Assembly: GCF_009914755.1 (NCBI RefSeq)
Contig: NC_060927.1
Source: the human T2T-CHM13v2.0 reference genome, Homo sapiens
Strand: one strand, 5' to 3'
Length of the DNA: 64,000 nucleotides
Shown: positions 1 through 13,843 of the stretch, piece after piece
Position numbering within the stretch: the stretch's first letter is position 1
Layout: the number at the start of each line of letters is the position of its first letter
Made by a program: the position numbers and the translations under genes
Notes under the pieces: generated by a model
The model's database searches: none
What the model was told of the DNA's origin: nothing
Seen by the model: only the letters and a program-made list of their open reading frames with translations

Positions 1-1069
1 GCTAGACTTTATAGCACATGCCAAAATCTTTCATGGGGAGGCACCAAGAAATAATTTAAAAGTGGCTTCATTTCTATATTATTCACTCATAATTTGCTGA
101 CCCAGGAACTCGGAGCGTGAACTGCTCAGAAAAGATGGCAGAAATTTGTTTCCTCACTTAGGGAATTGATTTGTGAGTTATGCACCCCTTCTTCAAACTC
201 TAAATCTACACATTCTCCATATTCACAGTATATTTTAAAAGTTAGAGTAGATTTAGGTATCAAAAGCTATACGCTTAATTTAGAGACTGACTGATGGTAC
301 TATTGCACACTTGAAGAAGTCTATGCAGATATATAAGAGAGGACAATTATAATTATCTGTGTACTGTAATAGATTTAAGAACATAAAAGCCAGGTCAAAA
401 AACAAATCAAAAAGATTAAAGTGTGAAAATAAAGGAATTGTACTAGAAACTCAACCTTGTTTGAGTTTATCTCTAGCTAGAAAATTTTAAATGAAGCGAA
501 AAAGTCCTGAAAAGACTGAAAGAGGCGAAAGGTACTTCATTTTGGAAAATCTTTGTAGTCTTTTTTTTTTCTAATATAAAGAATATGTGTCTTCAGTGTA
601 TCACAAGGAGAACATTGGCTAATATTAAAAAGCAGAAAAATTTTTTATCAAGTATTCAAAATAAGAAATAAGAAAAAATATCATGGAAATGACAAATCTA
701 TTTAAATCTGTACTAAAAACTGTAAAGAGCAGAATTGATCAAGTCAACACAAACAAATACCTAAAAACAAAACTAAAAAAATCCCAAAAATGCAATAAAT
801 GAGTAGAACAATTTGTATGCCTTTGAATAAGTTTGAAGAAGAGCTCTTAAAATGAAGAAGAAAGGTCAAAGTGGTTAACATTACGAGAGGCAAGATTATC
901 AGTATAGATTATTGATAACAAGAATCAAATATGTGAGTCTTGAAGATTATACCAGATTATAATACACAGGAATTAAAATAGTTATATATAGAAGAGATTC
1001 ATAGAAAGCCAAGCTAAAACAACAATAATTTAACAAGAAAATTTAGTTTTAAATGAAAATTGCCAGCTA

Positions 1070-3435
1070 CAGTAAACAAACAGGTAAGTGTGTGCTATGT
1101 TCAGGGGGCAAATACTGTCAAAAGAAACAACTTCAACAAAACTTAGATTTTGGGTTTAGCATTAAAACCTTGACAGGGTCTACTATAAATGTGTTATCAC
1201 GACACAAGAATGATTCAAGAAAATGAAATAAGGGACGTACTGATTTGAAAGAAATGATTAAAAATAAAAATATTTACTTGCAAAATATATTAGTGTGCAT
1301 AAGGGAAATACTAAGAAAATTTAAGAAATGCTACTAGAACTAATTAAGTGGATTTAATAAGTTTGTAAGGTAGAAGATTAATTTTAAAAAATTAATTTAT
1401 TTCATATATAACAATAAACAATTTAAACTTAATTTTAAAATATCTATCTACAATATCATAAAAAACTTGTGAAATATTTTATCAAAATATATGTAAGTCC
1501 TATATACTGAAACTATAAAACATTACTGAGAAAAATTAAAGAAGACCTAATCAAATGGAAAGCAGTATCATGTTCATGTTTTGGAAAACTGGATATTGTT
1601 AAGATGATAATTTTTGCCAGAGTGATCTATAGATTTAATGTTATCCCAAACAAAATTCCAGCTGTGTTCTAAATAGAACCTGACCTGCATATTCTGAAAT
1701 TTATGTACACATACAAATGGCCAAAAAGAGTCAATATTACATTTAATTTTTTAAAAACAATATTGGATGATAGCAGTACACTAATGCAATACTACAAAGC
1801 TACAGTAATCTTGAGAGTATGATAATTACCTAAGCATAAACATATAAGTTGTGTACCAAAAAGTATCTGAGACAGGCCCCAATAAATTTAGAAAGTTTAT
1901 TTTGTCAAGGTTAAGGATGCATCCATGACATAGCCTCAGGAGGTTCTGATGACAGGTGCCCAAGGTGATCGGGGTAAAGCTTGGTTTTATACATTTTATA
2001 GAGACATGAGACATCAATCAATATGTGTAAGATGTACATTGCTTCTTTCCGGAAAGGTGGAATAACTTGAAGGAGGGGTAAGGGAGAGGAGCTTCCTGGT
2101 CATAGATAGCTAAGAGACAAAGAGTTGCATTATTTTGAGTCTTAGATCAGGCTTTAACTAAATACACAATTTCCACATGATTCTGGGGTAAAGGAATAAT
2201 CACTTTTGCCTTAGACTGGTTCAGTGAATCTCCATTTTCACATAAACAATAGGACAGAGGAAGCAATAAGATACGCGTTTGTCTCTGGTGAACAGGGGGA
2301 TGACTGAATTCTGTCCTTTGTCCTGAACCTGTGAAGACAAGCTATCAACATACATTGCCAAGGTGAAATTCAACAGAAATGTTTTAGGATAGAGATCTTG
2401 TAGCCGGCAAAGAAATTCCTGTAGGCAAATTGTGAGGGAAGTATGCAGCTTTTTTATCTTTGTAGGTATCTTATTAGAAATAAAATGGGAGCAGATTTGC
2501 CTGATTCAGTTCCCAGTTTGTTTTTTCCCTTTGGCTTAGTGATTAGGGGGTCCCAAGATTTATTTTCCTTTCACAACATCAATAAAATATAAACGAGCTT
2601 CCATATGCTGACCCACATGTATATATGGTTTCAATTCATGGCTATTAAACTGCTAAGGTAATTCACTGGGAAAAGTTAAGTCTTTCCAGCAAATGATGTT
2701 GAAATACAAGATACCAATCTAGGAAAAAAAAATCCTTCACTCCTACAGTGTCATATCTAATCACAAATTGATAGTGGATTTGCATATTAGAGCTAAAATC
2801 AAGAAACTCCTAAAAAAAAACTTTGAAAAAAATATGTGTGACTTAGAGTTAGCAAAAATTTCTTTGATAGAATTGATAGGACACAAAACAAACAAAACTT
2901 AAAGGAAAATATAAACATCAAATTTTTTTGCTCATCCAATAACACCATTAAGAAAATGAAGAGAATGTCCAGTTTCAAAGAAATATTTTTAAGTCATATA
3001 TCTGATATAAAAATCTACTCAAAATATATAAAGAACTCCCACAATGCAGTAAGACAAATAATACAATTTTAAATGAGCAATTTGAATAGGTATTTTACAA
3101 AACAAGATATACGAATGCTAATATGCTTCTAAGATATTGTAAACACTGCCTCCATTAGGTAAATACAACTTAACAACACAGTAAGAAACCACTACAAATC
3201 TACTGCCTGCTAAAATTGTAAAAGATTGACAACTTCAAGAATTAATGAGAATGTAAAGCAACTGAAACCTTCATACATTGAAAATTAATGCAGTCACTAT
3301 AAACATAAAACGATTTTTGAATATATTAAAAGATTAAGGCTCATCAAATGACCCTTGGATTTTACTCCTACATATCTACCTAAGGGAAATGAAAACTATA
3401 TCCACACTAAGACTTGTATGCAAATGTATATAGTT
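1070..3435 (+). mobile_element. Old L1M (L1MC/L1ME-type) LINE-1 remnant, mostly ORF2 3' half, interrupted by MER4A LTR
   Basis: Decayed ORF2-like blocks, e.g. CTACTAGAACTAATTAAGTGG..., ATGTTCATGTTTTGGAAAACTGGATATTGTTAAGATG and ATCCACACTAAGACTTGTATGCAAATGT, continuing on both sides of the LTR; A-rich sense strand. Confidence 0.7.
1850..2575 (-). mobile_element. MER4A-type ERV1 solo LTR
   Basis: TG...CA ends; the right end GGTCCCAAGATTTATTTTCCTTTCACA is the reverse complement of the MER4A start TGTGAAAGGAAAATAAATCTTGGGACC; TSD decayed. Confidence 0.85.
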
Positions 3436-3551
3436 TCTCCATTTCTTTCTCTCTCTCTCTGTCTCTCATTCTCTGTCTCTCTGCTTCATCCTGGACAACA
3501 CGACTACTTGTAATACCTAAGTACATACTTCCTCTGATTTAACAATCATAA

Positions 3552-6500
3552 TTTTTTTTAATCTTCAACATTTATTATAAGCTCAAGTGTATATGTGCAG
3601 GATGTGCAGGTTTGATACATAGGTAAACATGTGCCACGGTGGTTTGCTGCACAGATCATCCCATCGCCTAGGTATTACAGCAAGCATCCATTAGCTATTC
3701 TTCCTGATCCTCTCCCTCCTCCCAGCCCTGCCCCAGCAGGCCCCAGTGTGTGTGGTTCACCCTCATCTGTCCATGTGTTCTCATCTTTCCGCTCCTACTT
3801 GTAAGTCAGAACATACAGTATTTGGTTTTCTGCTCCTGTGTTAGTTTGCTGAGGATAATGGCTTCCATCTCCAACTATGTCCCTGCAAAGGACATGATCT
3901 TCTTCGTTTTTATGGCTTCTTAGTATTCCATGATGTATATTTACCACATTTTCTTTATCCAGTCTATCATTGATGAGCATTTAGGTTGATATCATGTCTT
4001 TCCTGATGTGAATAAAGCTTCAATAAACATATGGATGCATATATCTTTATAATAGAATATAATATTCCTTTGGGTATATACCCAGTAATGGGCTTACTGG
4101 GTCAAATGGTATTTCTGGTTTTAGATCGTTGAGGAATTGCCACACTGTCTTCCACAATGTTTGAACTAATTTACACTCCTACCAACAGTGTAAAAGCATC
4201 CCTTTTTCTCCAAAGCCTCAACAGCATCTGTTGTTTCTCAACTTTTTAATAATTGCCATTCTGACTGGCATGATATGCTATCTCATTGTGGTTTTGATTT
4301 GCATTTCTCTAACAATCTGTGATGTTGAGCTTTGTTTCATATGTTTATTGGCTTCATAAATGTCTTCTTTTGAGGTGTGTCTGTTTATGTACTTTGCCCA
4401 CTTTTTAATGGGGTTGTTTTTCCTTGTAAATTTATTTAAGTTCCTTGTAGACTCGGGGTATTAAACCTTTGTCAGATGGATAGATTGCAACATTTTTCTC
4501 TGATTCTGTGGGATGTCAGTTCACTCTGATAATAATTTCTTTTCTTGTGCAGAAGCTCATTTAATTACATCCCATTTGTCAATTTTTGCTTTTGTTGCAA
4601 TCAATTTTGGCTTTTTTTGTCATGAAATCTTTGCCTGTGCCTATGTCCTGAATGGTATTGCCTAGATTTTCTTATGGGGATTTTGTAGTTTGGGGTTTTA
4701 CATTTAAATATTTACTTCATCTTGAGTTCATTTTTGTATAAGGTGTAAAGAATGGGTACAGTTTTAATTTTCTACATATGGGTAGCCAGTTCTCTCAGCA
4801 CCATTTATTATACAGGATATCCTTTCCCCATTGCTTGTTTTTGTCAGGTTTTTGGAAGATCAGATGATTGTGGAAGTGCAGTGTTATTTCTGCATTTCTT
4901 ATTCAATTCCATTGGCCTACATGTTTGTTCTTGTACCAGTACCATGCTGTTTTGGTTACTGTAGCCTTGTAGTATAGTTTGGAGTTGGATAACATGATGC
5001 CTTCAGCTCTGGCTTTGTTCTTTTTGTTTAGGACTCTCTTGGATATTCAAGCTCCTTTTTGGTTCCATGTAAATTTTAAAATAGTTTTTTTTTTTATAAT
5101 TCTGTGAAGATTGTCAATGGTAGTTTAATGAGAATAGCATTGAATTATAAATTACTTTAGGCAGTACGACATTTTAACAATACTGATTCTTCCTATTTTT
5201 GAGCGTGGGCTTTTTAAAAATTTGTTTGTGTCTTCTCTGATTTTCTTGAGCAGTGATTTGTAATTTCCTTGAAAAAGTACTTCACTTCCCTTGTTAGCTG
5301 TATTCCTAGGAATCTTACTCTTTTTGTAACAATTGTGAATGAGAGTTCATTCATGATTTGGCTCTCTGCTTGCCTGTTGTTAGTGTATAGGAATGCTAGT
5401 TATTTCTGCACATACATTTTTATATCTTGAGACTTTGCTGAAGTTGCTTATGAGCTTTAGAAGCTTTGGGGCTGAAATGATGGAATTTTCTAGACATAGA
5501 ATCGTGACATATTTAAATAAAGTTAACTTGACTTCCTCTCTATTTGAATACATTTTTTTCTCTTGCCTAATTCCCTCACTAGAAATTCCAATATTATGTT
5601 GAATAAGAGTAGTGAGAGAGATCATCCTTGTTTGTGCTGGTTTTCAAGGGGGAATGCTTCCAGCTTTTGCCCATTCAGTATGTTATTGGTTTTGGGTTTG
5701 TCATATACAGCTCTTATTATTCGGAGTTATATTCCTTCAATAACTAGTTTATTGAGAGTTTTTAACATGAAGAGTTGTTTAATTTTATCAAAGGCCTTTT
5801 CTACATCTCTTGAAATAATCATGTGGTTTTCATCTTTATTTGTGTTTATGTGATGAATCACATTTTTTGATTTGTGTATGTTAAACCAATCTTGCATCCC
5901 AGGGATGAAGCCAACTTGATCATGGCGTATAAGCTTTTTGGTGTGCTTTTGGACTTAGATCTCCAATATTTTATTGAGAATTTTTGCATTTATGTTCATC
6001 ACGCATATTGCCCTGAAGTTTTCTTCTTTTGTTTTATATCTGCCAGGTTTTTATAGCAGAATGATGCTGGATTCATAAAGGAATTAAGGAAAAAATTTCA
6101 ATTTTTTGGAATAATTTTTGTAAAAATTGTATCAGCTCTTCTTTGTACCTCTGGTATAATTCATTTGTAAACCTGTCTGGTCCTGGGCTATTTTTGCTTG
6201 GTAGACTATTTGTTACTGCCTTGATTTTAGAAAATTTTATTAGTCTATTCAGTGATACAATTCCTTCCTGTTTCAGTCTTGGGAGGGTGTATGTGTCCAG
6301 GACTTTATTCATTTATTCTAGATTTTCTAGTTTATGTGCATATGGATATTTATAGTATTCTCTGATGGTTGTTTGTATTTCTGTGAGGTCAGTGGTGAAA
6401 TTCCCTTTATCATTTCTGAGCATGTTTGATTCTTCTCTCCTTTCTTCTTTGTTAGTCTAGCTAGTGGTGTAACTATTTTATTAATTTTTTTTTTCAAAAA

Positions 6501-7143
6501 TATAAAACAGCTCCTGGATTTTTTAAGTTTTGAAGAGTTTTTGTGTGTCTCTATCTTCTTCAGTTCCACTCTGATTTTGGTTATTTCTGGTCTTCTGGTA
6601 GCTTTAGGGTTTGTTTGCTCTTGGTTTTCTAGTTCTTTTAGTTGTGACGTTAGGCTGTTAATTTGAGATCATCTTAGCTTTTTGATGTGGACATTTAGGG
6701 CTATACATTTTCCTCTTAATACTGCTGAGCTGCACCCCAGAGATTCTGTTATGTTATCTCTTTGTTCTCATTGGTTTCAAGGAATTTCTTGATTTCTGCC
6801 TTAATTTCAGTATTAACCAAGGAGTCATTCAGGAGCAGTTTGTTCAATTTCCATGTAGTTGTGTAGTTTTGAGTGAATTTTTAAGATCTTGAGTTCTAAT
6901 TTGATTGTGCTGTGGTCTTAGAGATTGTTTGCTATCATTTCAGTTCTTTTGCATTTGCTGAAGAGTGTTTTACTTCTGATTGTGTGACCAATTTCTGAGT
7001 GTCATGTAGTGATTAGAAGAATGTATATTCTGTTGTTTGTGGGGTGGAGAGTTTTGTGGATATCTATCAGGTCCACTTGATTCAGAGCTGAGTTCAGGTC
7101 CTAAATATCCTTGTTAGTCTTCTGTTTTGATGATCTGTGTAAT
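3552..7143 (-). mobile_element. 5'-truncated L1PA (L1PA11-13-like): 3' UTR plus ~3.3 kb of ORF2, inactive
   Basis: T tract then GTGCAGGATGTGCAGGTTTG...GCTGCACAGATCATCCCATC...CATCCATTAGCTATTCTTCCTGAT (L1PA13-type 3' end); minus-strand ORF fragments match ORF2p ([30 protein letters not shown]). Confidence 0.92.
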
Positions 7144-7829
7144 TTAAATATTTAGCTTGGCTATGAATCTAAAATAAGATATATAAATGTATCAGCAACT
7201 TTTTTTAGGATGTCAAATAAAAGATTATTTCTATAAACATCTTCGGCGTTCATCTCTTTTGTTTTATTGTCTCTTTATTGAGATCACTCTCTCTCTCACT
7301 CTGATTTTTAGATTTTTTTCACTTAAATTTTGTAATCAATATCATAAATTTCTTTAAATTCTATCTTGTTTGCAGATGACTTTTCTGATAAAGATAATTG
7401 ATTTTCTCACATTTTCATTTCCTTTAAATAGATTTGGAAGCTTCTATCACACTGGGATAGGCTATTCTGCATCCTTTATTTTAAGAAGTTTTAGGCAAAT
7501 ATATGTCAAGCCAGAAAATATTCAAATGGGACTTTATTACCTGTACCATATCTGCCCTAATTCAATTAATTTTTCTTCTCTTTCTACATGTGCCATCTCT
7601 GGTCCTTACAATCTTTTCTATTGGCCAAATTGCTATGAAACAATTATTATTTTTCACCTACTATCTGCATCATCTATTTGCTGATGTTTTGGGAAGTTGC
7701 TGCAGCTCTTAATGCCATTTAATTTTTGGAATTCATATCTATATCTATAAATACATTTTCACAGCAGAACATTTTTTCCTCAATGTGTCATATTATCAAC
7801 TGTAGGCTAATCCTCTGTATTATTCTAAT

Positions 7830-8450
7830 CATTCATTCAACAAATATTTATGGAATACATAGTATGTGCAAGCATAGACCAGTGTTGGTGACAGTACCAT
7901 AAACTGAACCCATATTTCTGTCCTCATTAAGTTATGATCTAGTAAAGCTGGTGGTAGGGGCAAGAGGTAATGCAGAATAAATAAATAAAATGTAGTCTAT
8001 TAGAAGGTGGTAAGTTATAAAAAAATTAAAAATAAATTTAAAATAATAAAAAATAAAAACATAATTGACCAGAAACTACATATTGAGAGTGAGTGAGATA
8101 GAATGTGAGTAAACTTTGAATTTTAAATAAAATGTTAATGAAAAAATAAAAACGTAAGTAAAGCTCCGAAGGAGGTGATAAATCAAACCCTGGATCTAGC
8201 TAAGGGTAAACTACCCAGGCAGAAGTAGCATAAGCAAAAGCCCTACAACAGGAATGTACTCAAAATGTTTAAGGTACAGCAAAAAGCCAGTGGATAAGGA
8301 GCAGAGTGAGTGAAGGAAAGAAAGGTAGTAGATGATGTCAGAGAGGTAACTGGGAGCCTCATCATGTGGAGCCTGTGTGGCCATTGTACATACTCTGGAT
8401 TGTATTTTAGTTAAGTTAGAAGCCACCAGAGCATATTAAGCAGAAGAATA
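7830..8450 (-). mobile_element. L2 LINE 3' remnant
   Basis: ATTCATTCAACAAATATTTATGG (L2 tail, reverse) followed by typical AGCAAAAGCCCT...GGTACAGCAAAAAGCCAGTG...GAGCAGAGTGAGTG. Confidence 0.7.
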
Positions 8451-8890
8451 ATCTTTAGTGTCTTCTGTTGGAATAATCTCAAACTCCAAATTTCTCTCTA
8501 CTTTCATATTAATAAACTATTATTTTTCCTTCAACGCTTTGCACTAGATTTTTAAAAACTCATCCCAAATCAAACTTTTCTAACAAAATACAACAACAAC
8601 AAAAATGCATGGTACTACCGGATCCTTTCTCACTTTTGAATGTGCAGCCAACACCACTAATCAAGTACAGTACAATAGCATGTCTTGTTGAGCCTGATAA
8701 AGCTTTTGAATCTTTTCCATATCAATTCTTCAAGTAACCACTAACAATCAGTTGAAGTTAGAACCCAAAATGAAGCCTGTTAGCCCACGTTACAAAAGCT
8801 GTTTTGCCATCGCATGCCACCATTCCACTCTGGATTATGGAACTTGTCACTCTATCTATACTAGAAATTCTGGGATTTTTTGCTTCCTAT

Positions 8891-10012
8891 TGAGAGGTGA
8901 CAGCGTGCTGGCAGTCCTCACAGCCCTTGCTCACTCTCGGCACCTCCTTTGCCTGGGCTCCCACTTTGGTGGCACTTGAGGAGCCCTTCAGCCTGCTGCT
9001 GCACTGTGGGAGCCCCTTTCTGGGCTGGCCAAGGCGGGAGCCGGCTCTCTCAGCTTGCAGCAGGGTGTGGAGGGAGAGGCGCCAGCGGGAACCGGGGCTG
9101 CGCGGTGCTTGCGGACCAGCGTGAGTTCTGGGTGGGCATGGGCTCAGCAGACCCCGCGCTCAGAGCGGCTGGGCGGGCCCCACCGGCCCCAGGCAGTGAG
9201 GGGCTTTGCACCTGGGCCAGCAGCTGCTGTGCTCAATTTCTCGCCAGGCCTTAGCTGCCTTCCCCCAGGGCAGGGCTGGAGGCCTGCAGCCCACCATGCC
9301 TGAGCCTCCCACCCCCTCCATGGCCTCCTGTGCGGCTGGAGCCTCCCCAATGAGCACTGCCCCCTGCTGCACGGTGCCCAGTCCCATCGACCACCCAAGG
9401 GCCGAGGAGTGTGGGCACAGGGCATGGGACTGGCAGGCAGCTCCACCTGCAGCCTGGTGCGGGATCCACTGGGTGAAGCCAGCTGGGCTCCTGAGTCTGG
9501 TGGGGACTTGGAGAACCTTTGTGTCCACACGCTGTATCTAGCTAATCTAGTGGGGACGTGGAGAACCTTTGTGTCTAGCTCAGGGATTGTAAACGCACCA
9601 ATCAGCGCCCTGTCAAAACAGACCACTCGGCTCTACCAATCAGCAGGACGTGGGTGGGGCCAGATAAGAATAAAAGCAGGCTGCCGGAGCCAGCAGTGGC
9701 AACCGGCTCGGGTCCCCTTCCACACTGTGGAAGCTTTGTTCTTTTGCTCCTTGCAATAAATCTTGCTACTGCTCACTCTTTGGGTCCACACTGCTTTTAT
9801 GAGCTGTAACACTCACCGCGAAGGTCTGCAGCTTCACTCCTGAAGCCAGCAAGATCGCGAACCCACCAGAAGGAAGAAACTCTGAACACATCCAAACATC
9901 AGAAGGAACAAACTCCAGACGTGCCACCTTAAGAGCTGTAACACTCACCACGAGGGTCCACGGCTTCATTCTTGAAGTCAGTGAGACCAAGAACCCACCA
10001 ATTCTGGACACA
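8891..10012 (+). mobile_element. LTR12C-type (ERV9) solo LTR with 4-bp TSD CTAT
   Basis: Starts TGAGAGGTGACAGCGTGCTGGCAGTCC and ends CCCACCAATTCTGGACACA; CTAT at 8887-8890 and 10013-10016; GC/CpG-rich island in AT-rich context. Confidence 0.96.
9598..9760 (+). promoter_or_regulatory. LTR12 core promoter: two CCAAT boxes, GATA site, TATA-like AATAAAA, downstream poly(A) signal
   Basis: CCAAT 9598-9602 and 9636-9640, AGATAA 9662-9667, AATAAAA 9669-9675, AATAAA 9755-9760. Activity cannot be shown from sequence. Confidence 0.6.
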
Positions 10013-11869
10013 CTATCAGCCTTAATTTTTCAAGAGTTGATTCAAACACAGTGTTGAGAAATCTTTTCTTTTATCTTCAATTTGGTAGATGTTTATGGAA
10101 ACAGTCAGAAAACATGTTGATTAATTTCATTTTAAAATCTTTAACAAAAACTTTTAAAAAATCAAGCTCTATTTTCTCATTGATTTAAACTTAATTGCTT
10201 ATCTAAATATTTTATCAATTTACTTATATTAAATTGTGTATTTTTTTTCAATTTTTCTGCCCTGAATGTTTTTAAAAAAGCAAACAAACAGGAAAATCTT
10301 GGTTTCTCAACTGATCTTATCACTTACTGCTCTAATGACAAAACCAAGATTTTCTGATATGAGTTCTCTAAACATTCTACAGCTTTACCTTTATTGTACT
10401 CTGCTCTCCTTCACATCTGAGTTGCTCTTTCTGAACACTTCTGTCTTATGCCTTAAAGAGTCTTATCACTGGTCATTTCCCTGCAATGTGGTTCATTTTT
10501 ATTTTACATCTTTAAACATTTAAAATGTAAAAAAAAAAATTGTATGTTTTTCCTGTGTTAAAAGCAACTTTAGAGAGATGGTGGCGCAAGATAGCCAAAT
10601 AGAAGCATCCACTGATATCATCCTCCCTTCAGGAACACCAAATTGAACAACTATCCACACAAATAAAAGCACCTTCATAAGAATCAAATATCAGGTGAAT
10701 GGTGACAGTATCTGGTTTTAACTTCAAATCACTTAAAGAGGCACTGAGGGTTAGGAAAGAAAGTCTTGAATTGCTGATGCCACCCCCGCCTCCCATTCCC
10801 TGGCAGCAGCCACATGGCATGGAAAGAGAATCTATGCACTTGGGGGAAGGAGAGCACAGTGACAGTGGGACATTATTTGGGAATGCAGTGCTTCCCTGTT
10901 ATCTCAGAAAACAACACCAGGGATAACTCAGCCAGCACCCACAGAATGAACATTTGAACTAGCCCTAAACAGAGGCGAATTACGTATGCCAGGGGCCAAA
11001 TCCTAAGTACCAGGAAGCCTTGACACCAAGGGATAAAGTATTCTAGGTTCTAAATAAATTAGGCAGACATTCAAGGCACAAGGACTCCAATTTCTGGGCA
11101 AGTCCTGGTGTTGTGCTGGGCTTAGAGTTGGTGAAGTTGAAGCACATGTGACATAATGAGACCCAAGCCTGTATGACCAAAGGAGCGCTTGTGCCACCCC
11201 TCAGGCAACTGAAGGCAGTGCAGTTTGCAGCTCTGGGAAAGAGTTCTTCCTTCCATTTGAGGAGAGGAGAGGAAAGAGAAAAAATGACTTTTTCTTGCAA
11301 CTTGGAAACCAGCTCAGCCACAGTAGGATAGGGCAGCAGACAGAGTCCTGAGGCCCCCATTCCATGTTCTACCTCCTGGATGACATTTCTAGACACATGC
11401 CGGGCCAAAAGGGAGCCTGCTGCAAAAAGATTCAGTCCTTGTAGGATTCATATCTTCTGACTAAAGAGCCCGTAGGCCCATAACAGTCAGTAGTAGTCAA
11501 GCAATACTCACCATGAGCCTTAGGTGAGACTCAGAGATGTGCTGGCTTCACCTCTCCCACAGCTCCAGGAATTTCAGCACAAAGAGAGAGACTCAATTTC
11601 CATTTGTTTGGAAGAAAGTAAGGGAATGGAACAAGAGCCTATGTCTGTTAACCTCGAGAATTCTTACAGATCTTATCCAAGACCACTAATGTGGTACCTC
11701 TATGAGTTTGCAATAGCCACAATATTATAACATGCCCTCTAATGCAGATGCAACTGCAGTGACTAAAAATTTGTGTCACAACACAGGTCAAATACCCAAA
11801 AAAGCCTTTTCAAGAAAGACAGGTAGAAACATGCCCAGACTGCAAAGAAGATTACAACAAATAACTAAC

Positions 11870-12839
11870 TCTTCAATGCCAGACACCAGTGAACATCCAT
11901 CAAGCATCAGAACCATCCAGAAAAACATGACATTATCAAACAAACTAAATAAGGCACCCAGGACCAATTGTGGAGAGACAGAGTTACAGCAACATTCAGA
12001 CAAGGAATTCAAAACAGCTGTTTTGAGGCAATGCAAAGAAATTCAAGATAACACAGAGAAGAAATTCAGAATCCTATCAGATAAATTCAACAAAGATATT
12101 GAAATAATTAAAAAGAATCAAACACAAAATCTAGAACTTAAAAATTCAATTGACAGACTGAAAAATGCATCCGTCTCTTAATAGCAGAACTGATCAAACA
12201 GAAGAAAGTGTCAATGAGCATGAAGACTGTCTATTTGAAAATGCGCAAAGGAGACAAAAGAGAAAAAGAATAAAACATGCCTTCAAGATCTAGAAAATTG
12301 GCTCAAAAGGGCAAATCTAAGAATTGTTGGGCTTAAAGTGGAGGTAAAGAGATAGGGGTACAAAGCTGATTCAAATGGATAATAACAGAGAACTTCTCAA
12401 ACCTACAGAAAGGTATCAATGCTCATGTACAAAAAGTTTATAGAATACTCAGCAGATTAACCTAATAAATAAGACTAAATAAGACTACCTAAACACATTT
12501 AATAAGGAAACTCCCAAAAGTAAAATATTAAGAAAGGATCCTAAAGCAGACAGAAAAAAGAAATGAATAACATAAAATGGAGCCCCATTACACCTGGCAG
12601 CAGAATTCTAAGAAGAAACCTTACAGGCCAGGAGAAAGAGGCATGACATGTTTAAAGCACTGAAGAAAGAAAGAAATGTGTATTCTAGAATAGTATGTCC
12701 AGCAAAAATATACTTCAAATATGAAAGCGAAATAAAGACTTACCAAGAGAAGCAAAAGCTGAGGAATTTCAACACAAAACCTGTCCTACAAGGAATACTA
12801 AAGAGAGTTCTTCAGTCTGAAAGAAAAAGATGTCAATGA
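11870..12839 (+). pseudogene. Disrupted L1 ORF1p (coiled-coil/RRM/CTD)
   Basis: ORF fragments SDKEFKTAVLR...EIIKKNQTQNLELKNSIDRLKNA and MFKALKKERNVYSRIVCPAKIYFKYESEIKTY separated by stops and frameshifts. Confidence 0.85.
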
Positions 12840-12857
12840 ACAATAAGAAATCAACAG

Positions 12858-13144
12858 GGCCGGGCACAGTGGCTTCTACCTGTTATCCCAGCACTTTGAG
12901 AGGCCAAGGTGGGCAGACTGCTTGAGTTCAGGAGTTCGAAGCCAGTCTGGACAACATGGCAAAACCCCACCTCTACCAAAAATACAAACAATAGCTGGAT
13001 ATGGTGCCACATGTCTATAGCTCCATTTAGTCAAGAGGTTGAGGCAGGAGAATCACTTGAACACAAAACGTGGAGGTTGCAGTCAGCAGAGATCACACTA
13101 CTGCACTCCAGCCTGGGTTATAGGAGTTAAAGCCTATTGAAAAT
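12858..13144 (+). mobile_element. Old dimeric Alu (AluJ-like) nested in the L1 ORF1-ORF2 spacer
   Basis: GGCCGGGCACAGTGGCT...CTGCACTCCAGCCTGGG, heavily CpG-decayed. Confidence 0.9.
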
Positions 13145-13230
13145 AGAGAAAGAGAGAGAAAGAAAGAAAAAGAAAGAAAGAAAGAAAGAAAAGAGGAGAG
13201 GAGAGGAGAGAGAGAGAGGGAAAGAAAGAG

Positions 13231-13297
<67 letters not shown>

Positions 13298-13298
13298 A

Positions 13299-13330
<32 letters not shown>

Positions 13331-13355
13331 AAAGAAAGAGAAAGAAAGAGAAAAA
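13145..13355 (+). repeat. Pure polypurine (GAAA)n/(GA)n/(GGAGA)n tract derived from the Alu tail
   Basis: About 211 nt without a pyrimidine on the + strand. Confidence 0.97.
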
Positions 13356-13843
13356 CTGAAAATCTAATACTGGTTATAGTAAGTGCACAGAAAAACACAG
13401 AATATTATAACAAAGAAATTTTAATGTGTATATTACACATGTCTTGAGTGGAAAGATTAAAATGTGAACAAATCAAACGTAAGAGCTACAATTTATCAAG
13501 ACATAGACAGTACAATAAGATATAAATAGAAAAAAATGTTAACAAATAGAAAAGTGAAAATTTGGTCTCTGTCGGTTTTCTCTTTGCTTGTTACTCTTTT
13601 GTTTATACAATCAGAGTTAAGTTACTATTACTGTAAAATAATTGGTTATAAGGTATTATTTGCAAGCATTATGGTAATCTCAAATCAAAAAACATACTAG
13701 AGAAGCACACACACATAACACACACACACACAAACCAAGAAATTAAAACAGACCACTAGAGAAAATCACCTTCACTTAAAGAAAGACAGGAAAAAGTGAA
13801 GAAGAAAGAGAAGACTACAAAACACCAAGGAAACAAATAACAA

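Noticed and set aside
9495-9580. Repeated GTGGGGAC.TGGAGAACCTTTGTGTC units with spacer (superficially CRISPR-like)
   Set aside because: Normal internal tandem repeats of LTR12; eukaryotic DNA, no cas genes.
8897-10011. Dense overlapping ORFs up to 160 aa
   Set aside because: All lie inside the GC-rich LTR12C, where stop codons are rare; no protein family resemblance.
13093-13398. K/E/R-rich and F/L/S-rich ORFs
   Set aside because: Translations of the (GAAA)n microsatellite.
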